From a virus (lineage: Duplodnaviria; Caudoviricetes), in IMG/VR virus record IMGVR_UViG_2667527945_000002, positions 17,984-81,983 of that record: DNA of 64,000 nt; one strand, given 5' to 3'. The translations under genes were made by a program, and so were the position numbers. Positions 28,282 through 38,648 of the stretch are shown one piece after another. The notes under the pieces were generated by a model, which was not told where the DNA came from, searched no databases, and was given only the letters and a program-made list of their open reading frames with translations. Each line of letters begins with the position of its first letter. Position 1 is the stretch's first letter.

Positions 28282-29321
28282 ATGAATGAAAATGAAGCCC
28301 CTGACCTTAAATCACAACTAAAAGAGAGAACTATTACCAGTGCGGTGTCTACCGACATTCATAGTGATTTCTTCAAAAAGTCCCATGCACTTGTCTTTTC
28401 GCGCCTATCATTATCGCCAGTCGAGCATGATATTTTCGCTCTTTTGCTATCAAGGTTACATAAGGACCAGTGGGAAGACTTTATGGCAGGAAAGACTCCT
28501 ATATCTCCTAGCTATGAGTTTAAAAGCAAAGTACTTTGTGATTGGTTTTGCGCTGGAAGGGATGATCTATATAACATCCTTTACAAACCCTCAGAGCGAC
28601 TAGCTGGAAAGAAAATAGGGGTGACACAAGAAGGGAATTCTTTTGATTTCATCCCATTATTTAAAAGAGTGAAGTATAAAAATGGCACCCTTACCATCAA
28701 ACCTAATGATGAGTTGATTACAGAGTATTTAGGTATATCTCAAGGTCATGCTCAGATCCCGCACAAGTCATTCCGTCAAATTAAAACAGAGCATGGGAAA
28801 CGCCTGTACACAATGCTTTGTCGTTTCAAATCCCCACATACCGAGCTTCATGCACAATCAATAGAAGAGCTACATGGCTTTTTTGGACTGTTAGATAAGC
28901 AAGGCACCCTTCTCAAAAAGACATACGCAGTCAATGCCAATTTTATTAAAAGGATTATAAAACCAGCAATTCAGGAGATTGGCGAAAAAGAGGATGATAT
29001 TCGATTTTTGATTGATGAAAAACAGGGAACCATGGATTCTCATACATAAAGGAAGGTAGAAAGGTTGTGGGAATTAAGTTTCTCTTCCAGTGGAAACAGC
29101 GTGAATTCATCGCAAAAGACAAAGAGAGCAAAGAGGATCTAACTTACGATGATGCGCTTACCACTTATATCGATGTCGTAGAAAGAAGGCGCATTCCCTC
29201 TATCAATGAAATAAAAAACCTGAAAGAAAATCTTATCCAGATTGGTACTGATGGTCACGATCTAGGAGGGGATTTCTTCTTGAAACTAAGTGAATCAGAG
29301 GAAGCAAGTTTAAGCTTGTAG
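28282..29321 (+). CDS. repA: Rep3-family plasmid replication initiator (split by an A-run deletion at ~29020)
   Basis: KKSHALVFSR, RLYTML, KRIIKPAIQEI; repair gives KEGRKVVGIKF; adjacent to iterons. Confidence 0.88.
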
Positions 29322-29373
29322 AAAATAAACCGTGAAGAACATAAACGTTATTCACGGTTTATAGGGGACATCA

Positions 29374-30216
29374 TTAGGCGGTTATCAGCTTTGGGTAGTA
29401 AGGTAGAAGTCCATCCATATAGCGCCTGAACTGTTTCTTTGAGAAACCTCTAAGGGCGATCATTTCAAACGTATTGCCACGACCGCTCCCTTTGCAGCTA
29501 ATTGAGCGCCTCACAGGCGTTTTGTAGACGGTGAACCCTTCTTCTCGATATATATGGGTTAATTCTGGCAAAAGCGTGTTAGTGGCGATAACAGCGCCGT
29601 CATAGCCGCTCAGCATTTGGACTATACGATCTTGTAGGTTCTCATTTTTATCTTTGGTGTATGCATTAAAGGTCTTTTCATAAGGTGGATCTATAAGAAC
29701 CAGTTGAGCGTCTGATATATCCACCTCAGAGAAACACCCACAGTTAAACGTCCAATTCTTAGCGACGCGCATGAACTCTTTTGTGTCTGGTGGAGTAGCA
29801 ATGCCGTCATACTGACCGAAAGGCATATTAAAGTTCCCTTTGCGTTGACCTTGCCTAACTAAGCCATTGTAAGAGTGTTTGCATAAATACCAAAAAAGCG
29901 ATGCTTCTCGCTCCCCCAACTCTTTCCCTGAATGAAGTGCTTCGTTCAACTCTTCACGGGCAGCATAGAAAAAGTCTTTTTCAAGCAAAAAGTCATTTGG
30001 ATTGATCTCGTATCCATTTGCTAAATGCTTGTAGAGATTGATGAGTGCAGGATTGGCATCATTTAGAGTGACGTCTTTAAATTCGTAGAAAAGTGAAAAT
30101 GCAGCAGAACCAGCAAAGGGTTCAATTACCCGCTCAGGGGCAATGTCATTAACAATGCGCTCTGCGCGTTTAGCTAGCCAAGTCTTACCGCCGGCCCATT
30201 TTATTAGAGGTTTCAT
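29374..30216 (-). CDS. dam: Dam-family DNA adenine methyltransferase
   Basis: KWAGGK, EPFAGS, FNMPFG, DPPY motifs. Confidence 0.92.
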   Translation of the reverse strand: MKPLIKWAGGKTWLAKRAERIVNDIAPERVIEPFAGSAAFSLFYEFKDVTLNDANPALINLYKHLANGYEINPNDFLLEKDFFYAAREELNEALHSGKELGEREASLFWYLCKHSYNGLVRQGQRKGNFNMPFGQYDGIATPPDTKEFMRVAKNWTFNCGCFSEVDISDAQLVLIDPPYEKTFNAYTKDKNENLQDRIVQMLSGYDGAVIATNTLLPELTHIYREEGFTVYKTPVRRSISCKGSGRGNTFEMIALRGFSKKQFRRYMDGLLPYYPKLITA

Positions 30217-30217
30217 G

Positions 30218-30478
30218 CTATCCCTTTTTGCTATCAGTTTTCCCAAACTGCGAATGAAATATGATGGCCGTAGCTGCTTTTTGTGTGTCTAACTCAGGAA
30301 TGTCACGCTGAAGGCAAGCAACCTCCTGATTAATATTGGCGCCCTGATTGATAGAAATGGCGTGCAGCCCTGCCAAAAAATGAAGTTTGTATCGAGAAGA
30401 GAAGTGAAGTAGCAGGTCATGAAAGCCTAGCGTTTTAATACGCTGCAATCGTCGATAGCGCTGTTGGTTATCTGACAT
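30218..30478 (-). CDS. hypothetical protein
   Basis: ORF with GGAGG RBS in the leftward operon. Confidence 0.5.
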   Translation of the reverse strand: MSDNQQRYRRLQRIKTLGFHDLLLHFSSRYKLHFLAGLHAISINQGANINQEVACLQRDIPELDTQKAATAIIFHSQFGKTDSKKG

Positions 30479-30495
30479 TTCGCCTCCATTCACGG

Positions 30496-30858
30496 CTAGT
30501 CAAACCGCGATCTGTACTTCTCGTTAGTTTCTTGTTCAAAGTGCTCTTTCATTTTCTCTTCCCAATCTGGGTAGAGAGTTTTAAGCACTTCGTTCTCTCG
30601 TCTTAGTCCGCTGCAGTGCGTACCAAGCTGTTTAATTTTGTCGGACCGTTGAATCAGGGCTTCTCTAAACCATTTAGCAATTGCAATTGGATCGCCAACA
30701 TACCCAAGCCCATCACAGTGCAGGCAATCCCACATTCTAGAAAATAAACCCTCAGTTTCACCTTTTCCGTTGCACTTGGTGCAGGTTTCGGGTGCTTGGT
30801 TTGATTGGGTGCTGGCAAGCTCTATCGCTGCATCAACTAATGAGCGCTTATTCTTCAT
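30496..30858 (-). CDS. DnaJ-type zinc-finger protein
   Basis: CTKCNGKG and CLHCDGLG repeats. Confidence 0.65.
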   Translation of the reverse strand: MKNKRSLVDAAIELASTQSNQAPETCTKCNGKGETEGLFSRMWDCLHCDGLGYVGDPIAIAKWFREALIQRSDKIKQLGTHCSGLRRENEVLKTLYPDWEEKMKEHFEQETNEKYRSRFD

Positions 30859-31213
30859 CTATGAGCATTAACCCAAGAGAGTGCGCGGCGAATACTTCTG
30901 CTAACGCTCCCTTTGATTCCATCCATCCACATAAACGAATCACAGCATTTGAGACAAAGAGATCAGAAAAACTCAACCTCATGTATTGGTCGTAAGTTAG
31001 CCCTTTGGGGTTTCTTGCTGGGTTTAGTGGGATGTGTCCGGCTTCTTGAATCAACTCTTCAATGCGGAAAAACTCCGGATGATTGAAATGTCGATGCCCC
31101 GTCATAGGTCCGCTGATATAAATTGTGAGCTTTCCCGCATCTTCTTTTAATTGCTTCAAACTTTTTAAAGTCAATTCAGCGCGACATGTGACGTGGGCCA
31201 TTTCCGGTGACAT
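30848..31213 (-). CDS. DUF4406-like (nucleoside deoxyribosyltransferase-fold) protein
   Basis: IYISGPMTG...FN...LNPA...GW..SKGA..E motif. Confidence 0.8.
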   Translation of the reverse strand: MSPEMAHVTCRAELTLKSLKQLKEDAGKLTIYISGPMTGHRHFNHPEFFRIEELIQEAGHIPLNPARNPKGLTYDQYMRLSFSDLFVSNAVIRLCGWMESKGALAEVFAAHSLGLMLIDEE

Positions 31214-31418
31214 TCAATATCCCTTTAAAACAAAGTGGTGGACAGAAATTAACACTTTGATGTATGTTAATCAATAGCGTAATTAAAAACGTAATTATTG
31301 AGTTAATTTAATGCGTTTTAACTAACGGTGAAGAGTAAGTTGGTGATTGGTAAGTGTGCATCCTTCATGTAGCATGGCGATAATCGTCAACTAGATAATA
31401 AAATTGATGGATATCAAC

Positions 31419-31699
31419 ATGCTAAAAAATGCTGAGGTACGTGTTCTAGTCATACTCAAAAAGAGAAAAAGAACACGATTGCCATGACCGATCTCACTCG
31501 ACGCCTTAATGTCAATGCTGGTATCAAAGCTGCAGAGAAAAACCAGATACTTGAATCACTAAAATCACAAGGCTTGGTCGCTGTTGAACGAAAACAGATC
31601 CCTGCCATGCGTCGGACTCCTACCCTGATCACGTTGACCGAAAAAGGTAAGCAAGTGCTCAAAGGTGTTGAGTCTGGTGATATTGAGTTTGAAACCTGA
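31419..31699 (+). CDS. small winged-helix regulator (5' end restored by an A-run repair at ~31457)
   Basis: L...GLV...ITLTEKG motif of MarR-like wHTH proteins. Confidence 0.55.
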
Positions 31700-31886
31700 A
31701 TGATCTGAGAAGTTTTGATCCAGTCGATAAAAGATGAAACAACATTTTTTTGTTGTTTCTCGCCAACGCTAAAAACGGTAAATAATGCACAACAAAAAGA
31801 TAAAAAATTGTTGTGGCAACCAAAAGCGCTTTTGAAGTAAGCGCGGTACCACTACTTAGCGGTGACGTTGGAAGGCTGAAATTGAA

Positions 31887-32303
31887 ATGGAAAAGACCAA
31901 TACAAATCAAGAACGTGGAATATCACTCCAAAAAGAAGAGAAAATTGCGTGTGCCATCTTAAAAGGTGCAAAAACCGCAGATGTTGCGGCAGTTAATGGC
32001 GTTAAGTACGCTGCCTGCCGTGAAATCCTTCATAAGTATTGCCGTCGTGCTAACCCTCAAGCCTATGAGCGGATTAATATCGACGCAGCCCACCAAGACT
32101 GTCATAGCCCTTTCCTAGATCAGCTCCGTGAGAACTCAAACTTGTTTATTTCTCAAGATGAGCCTCGTGATGCTGAACAGCTTCGCCGCGAAATCGAACA
32201 GCAAAGTGAGCGCTTAAACAGTGCTCAAATAACGCTGCGCTCAGAACGCACCATTCTAAGCCAGTTGGAAGCAGAGCTTGCAGCTGCGACTCAAAGCAAG
32301 TAA
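31887..32303 (+). CDS. HTH-like protein with C-terminal coiled coil; paralogue of 14402..14968
   Basis: ILKGAKTADVAAVNGVKY...YCRRANP..YERI...AHQ. Confidence 0.7.
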   Translation: MEKTNTNQERGISLQKEEKIACAILKGAKTADVAAVNGVKYAACREILHKYCRRANPQAYERINIDAAHQDCHSPFLDQLRENSNLFISQDEPRDAEQLRREIEQQSERLNSAQITLRSERTILSQLEAELAAATQSK

Positions 32304-32330
32304 CACCAAAAGAAAGAAGGATCCCAGAGT

Positions 32331-33242
32331 ATGAAGCCTAAAAATATCATGGCTTATCGCTTTTCTCGGACAGTTCAACTCACTCCCGACCAATTAAGTG
32401 AGCAATTATCTGAATTTGCGTTCGTTCCGTGCGGTGAGCAAGACAAACGAAAGTTTGGGTGGGCACCAGTCATGGGTAAACATAGTGAGCAATTACTGCA
32501 TGTTGGTGGTGACTGGTTGCTAATTGCTGCCCGTCAACAAGAAAAGATGCTTCCCGCTTCTGTCATTAAGGATGAAGTGAGTGAGCGTGTTGATGCTCTT
32601 GAAGCCAAAGAAGGGCGACCGTTAAAGAAAAAAGAAAAAGACAACATCAAAGAGGATGTTGTTATTGATTTGCTACCTCGTGCATTCAAGCGAGCTAATA
32701 CAACGTATGTTTGGATCTGCCCCAAGAAAGAGCTGCTTTTTGTTGATACCAGTAGCTTTAAGAAGGCAGAGGATGTCCTCGCTCTTCTCAGAAAAACAAT
32801 TGGCTCTCTGCCTGTTGTACCAGTTACCTTCGAATCAGCTATTGACGTCACCTTAACTGAATGGCTTAAAACTGGAGAAGTTCCTAGTGGATTTTCGCTA
32901 CTTGAAGAGGCAGAGCTGAAATCTGTTCTAGAAGATGGCGGCCAGATCCGTTGTAAGCAGCAAGAGTTAACTTCTGAAGAAATCCAAATTCATATCGAAG
33001 CAAACAAAGTCGTCACCAAGTTAGCAATCAACTGGCAGGACCGTGTGGATTTTGTTTTGTCGGATGATGGTAGCCTGAATCGTCTCAAGTTTTCAGATGA
33101 GCTGGTGGATCAGAATGATGATATTGCCCGTGAAGATGTAGCTCAGAGATTTGATGCCGACATGGTTCTTTTTGCTGGTGAGTTTGATGCTTTCCTCCCT
33201 GAACTGTTTGATGCTCTAGGTGGGGTGGTGAAATGTCAGTAG
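32331..33242 (+). CDS. rdgC: recombination-associated protein RdgC (P1 HrdC equivalent)
   Basis: F.PCG.QD...[30 protein letters not shown] motifs. Confidence 0.95.
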   Translation: MKPKNIMAYRFSRTVQLTPDQLSEQLSEFAFVPCGEQDKRKFGWAPVMGKHSEQLLHVGGDWLLIAARQQEKMLPASVIKDEVSERVDALEAKEGRPLKKKEKDNIKEDVVIDLLPRAFKRANTTYVWICPKKELLFVDTSSFKKAEDVLALLRKTIGSLPVVPVTFESAIDVTLTEWLKTGEVPSGFSLLEEAELKSVLEDGGQIRCKQQELTSEEIQIHIEANKVVTKLAINWQDRVDFVLSDDGSLNRLKFSDELVDQNDDIAREDVAQRFDADMVLFAGEFDAFLPELFDALGGVVKCQ

Positions 33243-34024
33243 TGAAGCTAATTGAAAAGCCGTGGGCAAAGGCAGTTAGATGCCTACCAAATGAATTAGC
33301 TCGATATGCTCTATTCACCGTTGGGACATCACAGGAACGTCGTTATTATACCAAGCCAATTTTATTAGGCTTGATTGATGGCAGTCATACTCCCATGGAG
33401 TTGCAGTTTGTAGGGCCAGAACTAAGGCAAGATGATTTAGATGTTTTTTTAGAGTTGCTTCATTATGCGCGTGATGCGGATTTGTCCGGTCGTCTAACAT
33501 TTAAACGTGCAGATTTAATGAGAGCGTTAGGATGGTCAAGAACCCCATTTTATTACGATAGATTGCTGCAGTGTATGCGTCGGTTGAGTCAGTCAAATGT
33601 TGAAGGTCTGATCACTCGTCGTGAAGAAGGCGATCTAATTCAACATCGTTTTAACTTTAATTTGGTAGACTCGTTCGAATATAAGGACGTGAATGGTGCA
33701 ATGGCGCGTTTTTGGCATTATCGTTTACCTGTTGAGATGGTGAAGTTTTTCACCTCTTCTGGTTTTGCAAGAATCGATCTAAAGCGCCGACAGGCATTAA
33801 AGAATAACCATATTGCTAAGTGGCTGCAGTTTTACTTTGCCAGTCACAAGGCCAATAACAAATATGCGGTCTCTGTAGAAAAGGTTATGCATAGTTGTGG
33901 CTCTAAGGCGAGTGATTTGAAAACGTTTCGTCAAAAATTGAAAGCGGCGCTTAAATTGCTCAAAGCAACTGGTATTGTAGATGCCTACATAGATACAGGC
34001 TCAGATCGGATTTTGCGTAAGTAA
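33233..34024 (+). CDS. TrfA-family replication initiator
   Basis: [33 protein letters not shown]...FRQ.L..AL motifs of RK2 TrfA-type proteins. Confidence 0.8.
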   Translation: MSVVKLIEKPWAKAVRCLPNELARYALFTVGTSQERRYYTKPILLGLIDGSHTPMELQFVGPELRQDDLDVFLELLHYARDADLSGRLTFKRADLMRALGWSRTPFYYDRLLQCMRRLSQSNVEGLITRREEGDLIQHRFNFNLVDSFEYKDVNGAMARFWHYRLPVEMVKFFTSSGFARIDLKRRQALKNNHIAKWLQFYFASHKANNKYAVSVEKVMHSCGSKASDLKTFRQKLKAALKLLKATGIVDAYIDTGSDRILRK

Positions 34025-34044
34025 CGCTCACGCTATTCGGATAC

Positions 34045-34069
34045 AACGCCCCAAAAAAGGGGCGTTTTT
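34045..34069 (+). terminator. intrinsic terminator
   Basis: AACGCCCC-loop-GGGGCGTTTTT. Confidence 0.75.
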
Positions 34070-34086
34070 ATTGTTAAGGTCATATT

Positions 34087-34437
34087 GTGAATTGGATATT
34101 CATTGTTTTTAACCTGATCCCTTTGTTGCTTGGCTGGTTTGGATTCTCAACCGGTGAGCCGGAATTGGTTACTTTTGCTATTACTATTATCGCTATCCGT
34201 GCAGCGCTAGTGCTGTTTACGGTGCCTAAGATGTACATTAAGTTCCAAAAAGCAGATCAATTGACACGACGTTACCACCGAAGACAGCTGAAGAAGCCAG
34301 CCTTGGTTTTTATCGTATCTTTTATAACACTCTGGTCACTGGTGGTGTGGGGCGAGGTTCTTGTTTTATCTATGGTGGTGCTAAGCACTTCCATGTATCA
34401 CGGAATGAGAAGTCACATAGTTAGGCATTCTTACTAA
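34087..34437 (+). CDS. small membrane protein (about 4 TM segments)
   Basis: Hydrophobic 116-aa ORF flanked by terminators. Confidence 0.6.
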   Translation: MNWIFIVFNLIPLLLGWFGFSTGEPELVTFAITIIAIRAALVLFTVPKMYIKFQKADQLTRRYHRRQLKKPALVFIVSFITLWSLVVWGEVLVLSMVVLSTSMYHGMRSHIVRHSY

Positions 34438-34456
34438 ACCGCATCATTAACAAACG

Positions 34457-34489
34457 AACGGCATTCTCGTATGAGGGTGCCGTTTTTTT
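34457..34489 (+). terminator. intrinsic terminator
   Basis: AACGGCATTCTC-GTAT-GAGGGTGCCGTT-T run. Confidence 0.75.
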
Positions 34490-34514
34490 ATGTCTTGTGT
34501 ATGCTGAGGTTTGA

Positions 34515-34900
34515 GTTACCCACTTGTGGAAAACCTGTTTATATACAGTGGTATAAGTACTGTATATACAGTGGAATTTAGCAGATTTTAAGCATAAGTT
34601 GAGATACCAAAATGCATAAATAGAGATACCCGTTTGCATAAGTTGAGATACCAAAACGCATAAATAGAGATACCCGTTTGCATAAGTTGAGATACTAGCA
34701 AAGCATAAGTTGAGATACCATTTTTAATATTTAACCCTTTTAAAACATACGCTTGCATTTGTTGCTTGGTGATGTTTTGGGAGGCAACAACCATCTTATA
34801 ACCATATATAACCATTTAATAAACCATCTTATAACCTATTAAATAAAGAAATAATAAAAGGAAAAATTCTTTTTGATTTATCTAAGAAGAAAGAAAAAGG
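34515..34900. repeat. second iteron origin: six 17-bp iterons, DnaA-box-like sites, AT-rich tract
   Basis: GCATAA(G/A)T(T/A)GAGATAC at 34592, 34614, 34636, 34658, 34680, 34703; TGTGGAAAA upstream; AACCAT repeats and AT-rich region downstream. Confidence 0.85.
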
Positions 34901-35068
34901 GCAATTAAACACTTAGGATCCTTATTGATCTATTGTTTCTAATGGTGATTTCTCGCTTACCAGAGCCTCTCTGCTTGCGTTTGAATGGTAGTTGAATGCC
35001 ATTGCATGAATTATTAATTACGGCGCTCTATGAGCTTTTAAGGCGCTTTTAGTCGATAGCTGACTAAT

Positions 35069-35085
35069 TAGGAACTATGTGCCTA
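35069..35085. promoter_or_regulatory. KorC-type operator overlapping a TATAAT -10 box
   Basis: TAGGAACTATGTGCCTA-TAAT directly upstream of the KorC-like gene. Confidence 0.65.
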
Positions 35086-35114
35086 TAATGTGAGCGTTAA
35101 GGGAGGGCTATGCC

Positions 35115-35654
35115 ATGAGTAAACCATTTCAAGTTTATTGGAGTGAAGACGGCCATATAACAAACGAGGCAAATTGGTTGGACTACGTTGAAACCGATGA
35201 TCCTGTTAGAGCTGAGCAAATGTACTTCAAGCTGTGTAAAAAGATGCTTAGTAAGCAGGGCTATGTGTTTTTGCAATCGACAGATCCAGAATCGGTCCCA
35301 TACGGACGATTTAATACCTGTTCTGGTATTTGCTGGAATGTCGACCGTGAAGAACAAGAGATCCGACGATGGATGACTTGGGCTATGCCTCAAGAAATCC
35401 CCTATAAACGCTGGAAAGCTCCCACCACTCATATGGTTAAGGGGTTAAAAGCCGCTATTTTGATGCGTTCTGGCGAAAAGATAGGATGTGAGATCTCTGG
35501 TGAAACGATAGGTAGGGTGCTTGGTCGTAGTTCTCGTGGTGTCCGGTATTGGATTGCTGAGGACGGTGAAAGTCGAAGTATTGATTACGCTAATTGGCGT
35601 TGTTTGTTGGAAATGGCCGGATTCAAGAATAAACCGATAGAAACCTATCTGTAG
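35115..35654 (+). CDS. KorC/ArdK-like HTH repressor with an extra N-terminal domain
   Basis: W..P....SG..IGRVLG...RGVRYW......IDYANWRCLLEMAG resembles IncP KorC. Confidence 0.7.
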   Translation: MSKPFQVYWSEDGHITNEANWLDYVETDDPVRAEQMYFKLCKKMLSKQGYVFLQSTDPESVPYGRFNTCSGICWNVDREEQEIRRWMTWAMPQEIPYKRWKAPTTHMVKGLKAAILMRSGEKIGCEISGETIGRVLGRSSRGVRYWIAEDGESRSIDYANWRCLLEMAGFKNKPIETYL

Positions 35655-35665
35655 AATTGGATCTT

Positions 35666-36196
35666 ATGACTGAAACACAACTGGAAAACATGGCAAAGGC
35701 TGGCAATATTTTGGCTGGTCAAGCGCTGAGGCAGTATAGAAAGGCAAAGCAACCGAAAATAACCAACGGAAAGCCACTTAAAACGGTTCCTGCAAAGCGT
35801 AAAGGGGATAAGGGTCCTAGTGGGTTAGAAATGTCTTTTGCTATGCAGGTGAAGCAATCAGGGCTTCCTATGCCTTTGTGGGGGAAGGACGAGTTAAAGT
35901 TTCATCCTAAGCGCCGCTGGCGTTTTGATTTTGCATGGGAAGAACACAAAATTGCCGTAGAGATCGAAGGGGGAACATACAACCATGGTAGAGAGCAAAT
36001 AGATTCTAGATCGGGTAAAAAAGTTACTCAGAAATCACGGCATCTAACGCCAACAGGTTTTCACGAGGATTGTGTGAAGTACGGAGAGGCCGCAATATTG
36101 GGGTGGTGTGTGCTTAGGGTGGATGCCAAGATGGTTAAGGACGGCTCAGCGCTTGCTATGCTTGAAAGGGCGATTCAGGATAAAACACTAGATTAG
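35666..36196 (+). CDS. PD-(D/E)XK endonuclease (DUF559-like)
   Basis: FHPKRRWRFDFAW...AVEIEGG...D..KY..A...GW.VLR. Confidence 0.8.
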   Translation: MTETQLENMAKAGNILAGQALRQYRKAKQPKITNGKPLKTVPAKRKGDKGPSGLEMSFAMQVKQSGLPMPLWGKDELKFHPKRRWRFDFAWEEHKIAVEIEGGTYNHGREQIDSRSGKKVTQKSRHLTPTGFHEDCVKYGEAAILGWCVLRVDAKMVKDGSALAMLERAIQDKTLD

Positions 36197-36243
36197 TATT
36201 TAGATAGTATCTATCGGGTATTTACTTGGTACCCGATAGATAC

Positions 36244-36489
36244 TTATTTGGTGTCGTCGATAAGGATGTTTTCAAGCTCTGATTCATCGGCAATATGTTT
36301 ATTTTTGACTAGCCAGTTAACTAAAAGCGCGAACTCACCATCATTCATAGTTCTGAAACGAGCGCTATCGGGAGTGGTTCTCCAAGCCCAAATGGTATTC
36401 ACGCTCGTCTTGTAACAAATATCTGCTACTTGTTGCGCTTTCAACTTGAAATGCTTCTGAATTATCTTGAGTTTTTCGTTATTGGTCAT
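36244..36489 (-). CDS. small HTH-like protein
   Basis: NNEKL......L....VA.IC...VNTI.AW pattern. Confidence 0.55.
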   Translation of the reverse strand: MTNNEKLKIIQKHFKLKAQQVADICYKTSVNTIWAWRTTPDSARFRTMNDGEFALLVNWLVKNKHIADESELENILIDDTK

Positions 36490-36546
36490 TAAAACGTTCC
36501 GTCAGTGTTTCGTAAAAAATAACACTCAGGCGGTACAAAGTACAGG

Positions 36547-36870
36547 TTAACGCTGAATGGCTGTCATTTTTCCACAGTGCTGGCACTTACAGCGTATTTT
36601 GTTGCGTGTTTTCTCGGCTTTCTCCTGCATTTCCTGCCATCGCCAGTAGAGCTGTGAGTTTTTATTGGCCAGAAGCTTTAAAACCCACATAGGGCTTAAT
36701 ACTTCTCGGCAAAGGCCGCACTCCACAGTGTCGTTGGACTCATTTATTTTGAAATCCCCGTGTTGGCATTTAAGGCTATGGCGGTATGTTTGAGTCTCTT
36801 TGAAAATAGGCTTATCTGAAGAAGATTGTTTGATTTGCTTAAATTCAACAATGTTGTCGTTATCTTCCAT
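36547..36870 (-). CDS. zinc-binding phage protein
   Basis: CQH, CGLC, CQHC motifs. Confidence 0.6.
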   Translation of the reverse strand: MEDNDNIVEFKQIKQSSSDKPIFKETQTYRHSLKCQHGDFKINESNDTVECGLCREVLSPMWVLKLLANKNSQLYWRWQEMQEKAEKTRNKIRCKCQHCGKMTAIQR

Positions 36871-36945
36871 TATGGCTCCCGTTGAATTGGTACCCTCATC
36901 AATGAAGGTACCAACGACAGGCGGCAGTTGCCGCGCTGTAAAAGG

Positions 36946-37770
36946 TTATTGGCAAGCGCAGGCGCAAGGCTCAGCTTCGCCACTGTGAAGCGCTTTGCGG
37001 TTGAATTCGACCTCTGCTAGCAAATCAACCAGCTCTTTGCTTGAGTCGGTTGTGTAGCCAAGAGCTTTGAGAAGAGAGCTTCGGAGCATGTTTTGCTGAT
37101 CGCTTTCCATATCGACAACGTTGTGTGATTTGGTGACAGCGGTGATCAGTGCTGAAATAATTTCGATGAAGTATTCAGCTTCGTGCAAGGCGTCATAAAG
37201 TGCATGGTGCAGTGGGCCTTCTCTTTTGAGGGTGTATTTCGGGTCGATACCAAGTAGTAAGCGTCCAAGAAGACAAGCTGTGCGTAGTGATTGGTTGCCT
37301 CTAAACTTCCAAGGTTGCTCGATACCTGCTTCTTCATAAGCGTGTGACAGGATCACGTTATCAAATTCAGGGCCGTTACCCATTACTTGGGCTTTGGTGC
37401 CTTCTGGTGTGTTTTCTTCAATGTAATACGCGATTTGGTGAAGAGCTTCAGGAAGAGACAGGCGCTCATCACTTTTATCTGAAGAAAATAGTTCAGCATA
37501 AGCTTCTGGTGACTCTGTTTCTTGGCGCATCCAGAATGCCATTGTGCTATCTGGCTGGTTGATGTCATCTTTGACTCGGTTCTCTTGGCCTTCATTGCTG
37601 ATCAGCATGTATGTTTGGTTAATGATGCGACGCTGATACACGTCTACAGTTACCACTGAAGCTGAAAAGATATGAGCATCAGGACCTTTAGAGCCTGTTT
37701 CAATGTCTGTTACGTGGATGATTGGGCTTGATTTAATGCTTTTTAGGTAATCAAGTGTTGGTAAAGTCAT
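36946..37770 (-). CDS. 3'-5' exonuclease (DEDDh, DUF5051-like)
   Basis: DIET, GNGPEFD..IL, HHALYDA motifs. Confidence 0.85.
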   Translation of the reverse strand: MTLPTLDYLKSIKSSPIIHVTDIETGSKGPDAHIFSASVVTVDVYQRRIINQTYMLISNEGQENRVKDDINQPDSTMAFWMRQETESPEAYAELFSSDKSDERLSLPEALHQIAYYIEENTPEGTKAQVMGNGPEFDNVILSHAYEEAGIEQPWKFRGNQSLRTACLLGRLLLGIDPKYTLKREGPLHHALYDALHEAEYFIEIISALITAVTKSHNVVDMESDQQNMLRSSLLKALGYTTDSSKELVDLLAEVEFNRKALHSGEAEPCACACQ

Positions 37771-38006
37771 AGTGATTGTCTCTCTTGAATTTTCAATATT
37801 TCTAGTTTGGAATTAACAGGTACGATTTTAGATTTTGAAAAGTCCCTGTGCGGGTACTTTTTAGTGTCAATGGTTAGCCTTCTTTTAGCAGCACCTTTGC
37901 TTTTAAAAACCTGAGCGCTTTCAATGACTAGCGTTCTACAAGGGTCTCCATCGCCTTGAGAGAACCAGCACCCATCGAACCATTCAATGATGTATCCAGT
38001 GCTCAT
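37767..38006 (-). CDS. hypothetical protein
   Basis: ORF with overlapping start/stop in the leftward operon. Confidence 0.55.
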   Translation of the reverse strand: MSTGYIIEWFDGCWFSQGDGDPCRTLVIESAQVFKSKGAAKRRLTIDTKKYPHRDFSKSKIVPVNSKLEILKIQERQSL

Positions 38007-38599
38007 TGTTCGGTCTCCAGAGAATCTAAAGTTACTCTCTCCCCCACGACCGTGGTTGTGTATGTGACGGAATATTCAATTTCTAACTCATATTCGCCGC
38101 CGCAGATATCACACGTTTCTTTTCCATTGCTAGGTTCGTCTGGCTCGTAGCTGGTACCGCAGTGAGGGCAAACAATCTCATCGTTGTGCTTGTAGTCCCA
38201 CTCGTCGTAATCGTTACTCGCAACCTTTTCCAGAGCTTCACGTTTTAGCTTCTGGTCAAGGGCGGTTTGACATGGGTCGCATCTAAACCCTTCTCTCGTT
38301 CCCCAGACCGTCCCTATGATTTCAGATCTATGCTTGCGGCAGCCCACGCAAACATTGTGTTCGTCACAAACAAAGTAGTCCCAGCCATTTGTGCTTCCTA
38401 AGCATTTTTCACAGCCAACAACCCAGTACCATGCGCCGTCAATGAACTCTGATTTGAGGCCCTTTTGTGGTGGAGTAAGCTCTAATGTCGGCAAGTCTTT
38501 GTTATTGCTGTTCCATACTGATTTCATTGGACCGTTATGAATACGATCAGTCCATTCTGGCAATGCTTCAGGGATGAGTATTTTGATATTTTTATCCAT
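38003..38599 (-). CDS. Cys-rich zinc-ribbon protein
   Basis: Multiple CxxC motifs; ATG 38599 with GGAG RBS. Confidence 0.6.
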   Translation of the reverse strand: MDKNIKILIPEALPEWTDRIHNGPMKSVWNSNNKDLPTLELTPPQKGLKSEFIDGAWYWVVGCEKCLGSTNGWDYFVCDEHNVCVGCRKHRSEIIGTVWGTREGFRCDPCQTALDQKLKREALEKVASNDYDEWDYKHNDEIVCPHCGTSYEPDEPSNGKETCDICGGEYELEIEYSVTYTTTVVGERVTLDSLETEQ

Positions 38600-38648
38600 G
38601 GAGATCTCCTGCTGGTGGCTGCGACGCATGGCCACAGCCTGTTATTGG

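Noticed and set aside
34535-34572. CTGTTTATATACAG and CTGTATATACAG as LexA boxes
   Set aside because: Spacers are 6 and 4 bp, not the required 8
34592-34720. Regular repeats as a CRISPR or mini-array, and the short ORFs across them
   Set aside because: 17-bp units with 5-6-bp linkers next to a TrfA-like gene; the overlapping ORFs are translations of the repeats
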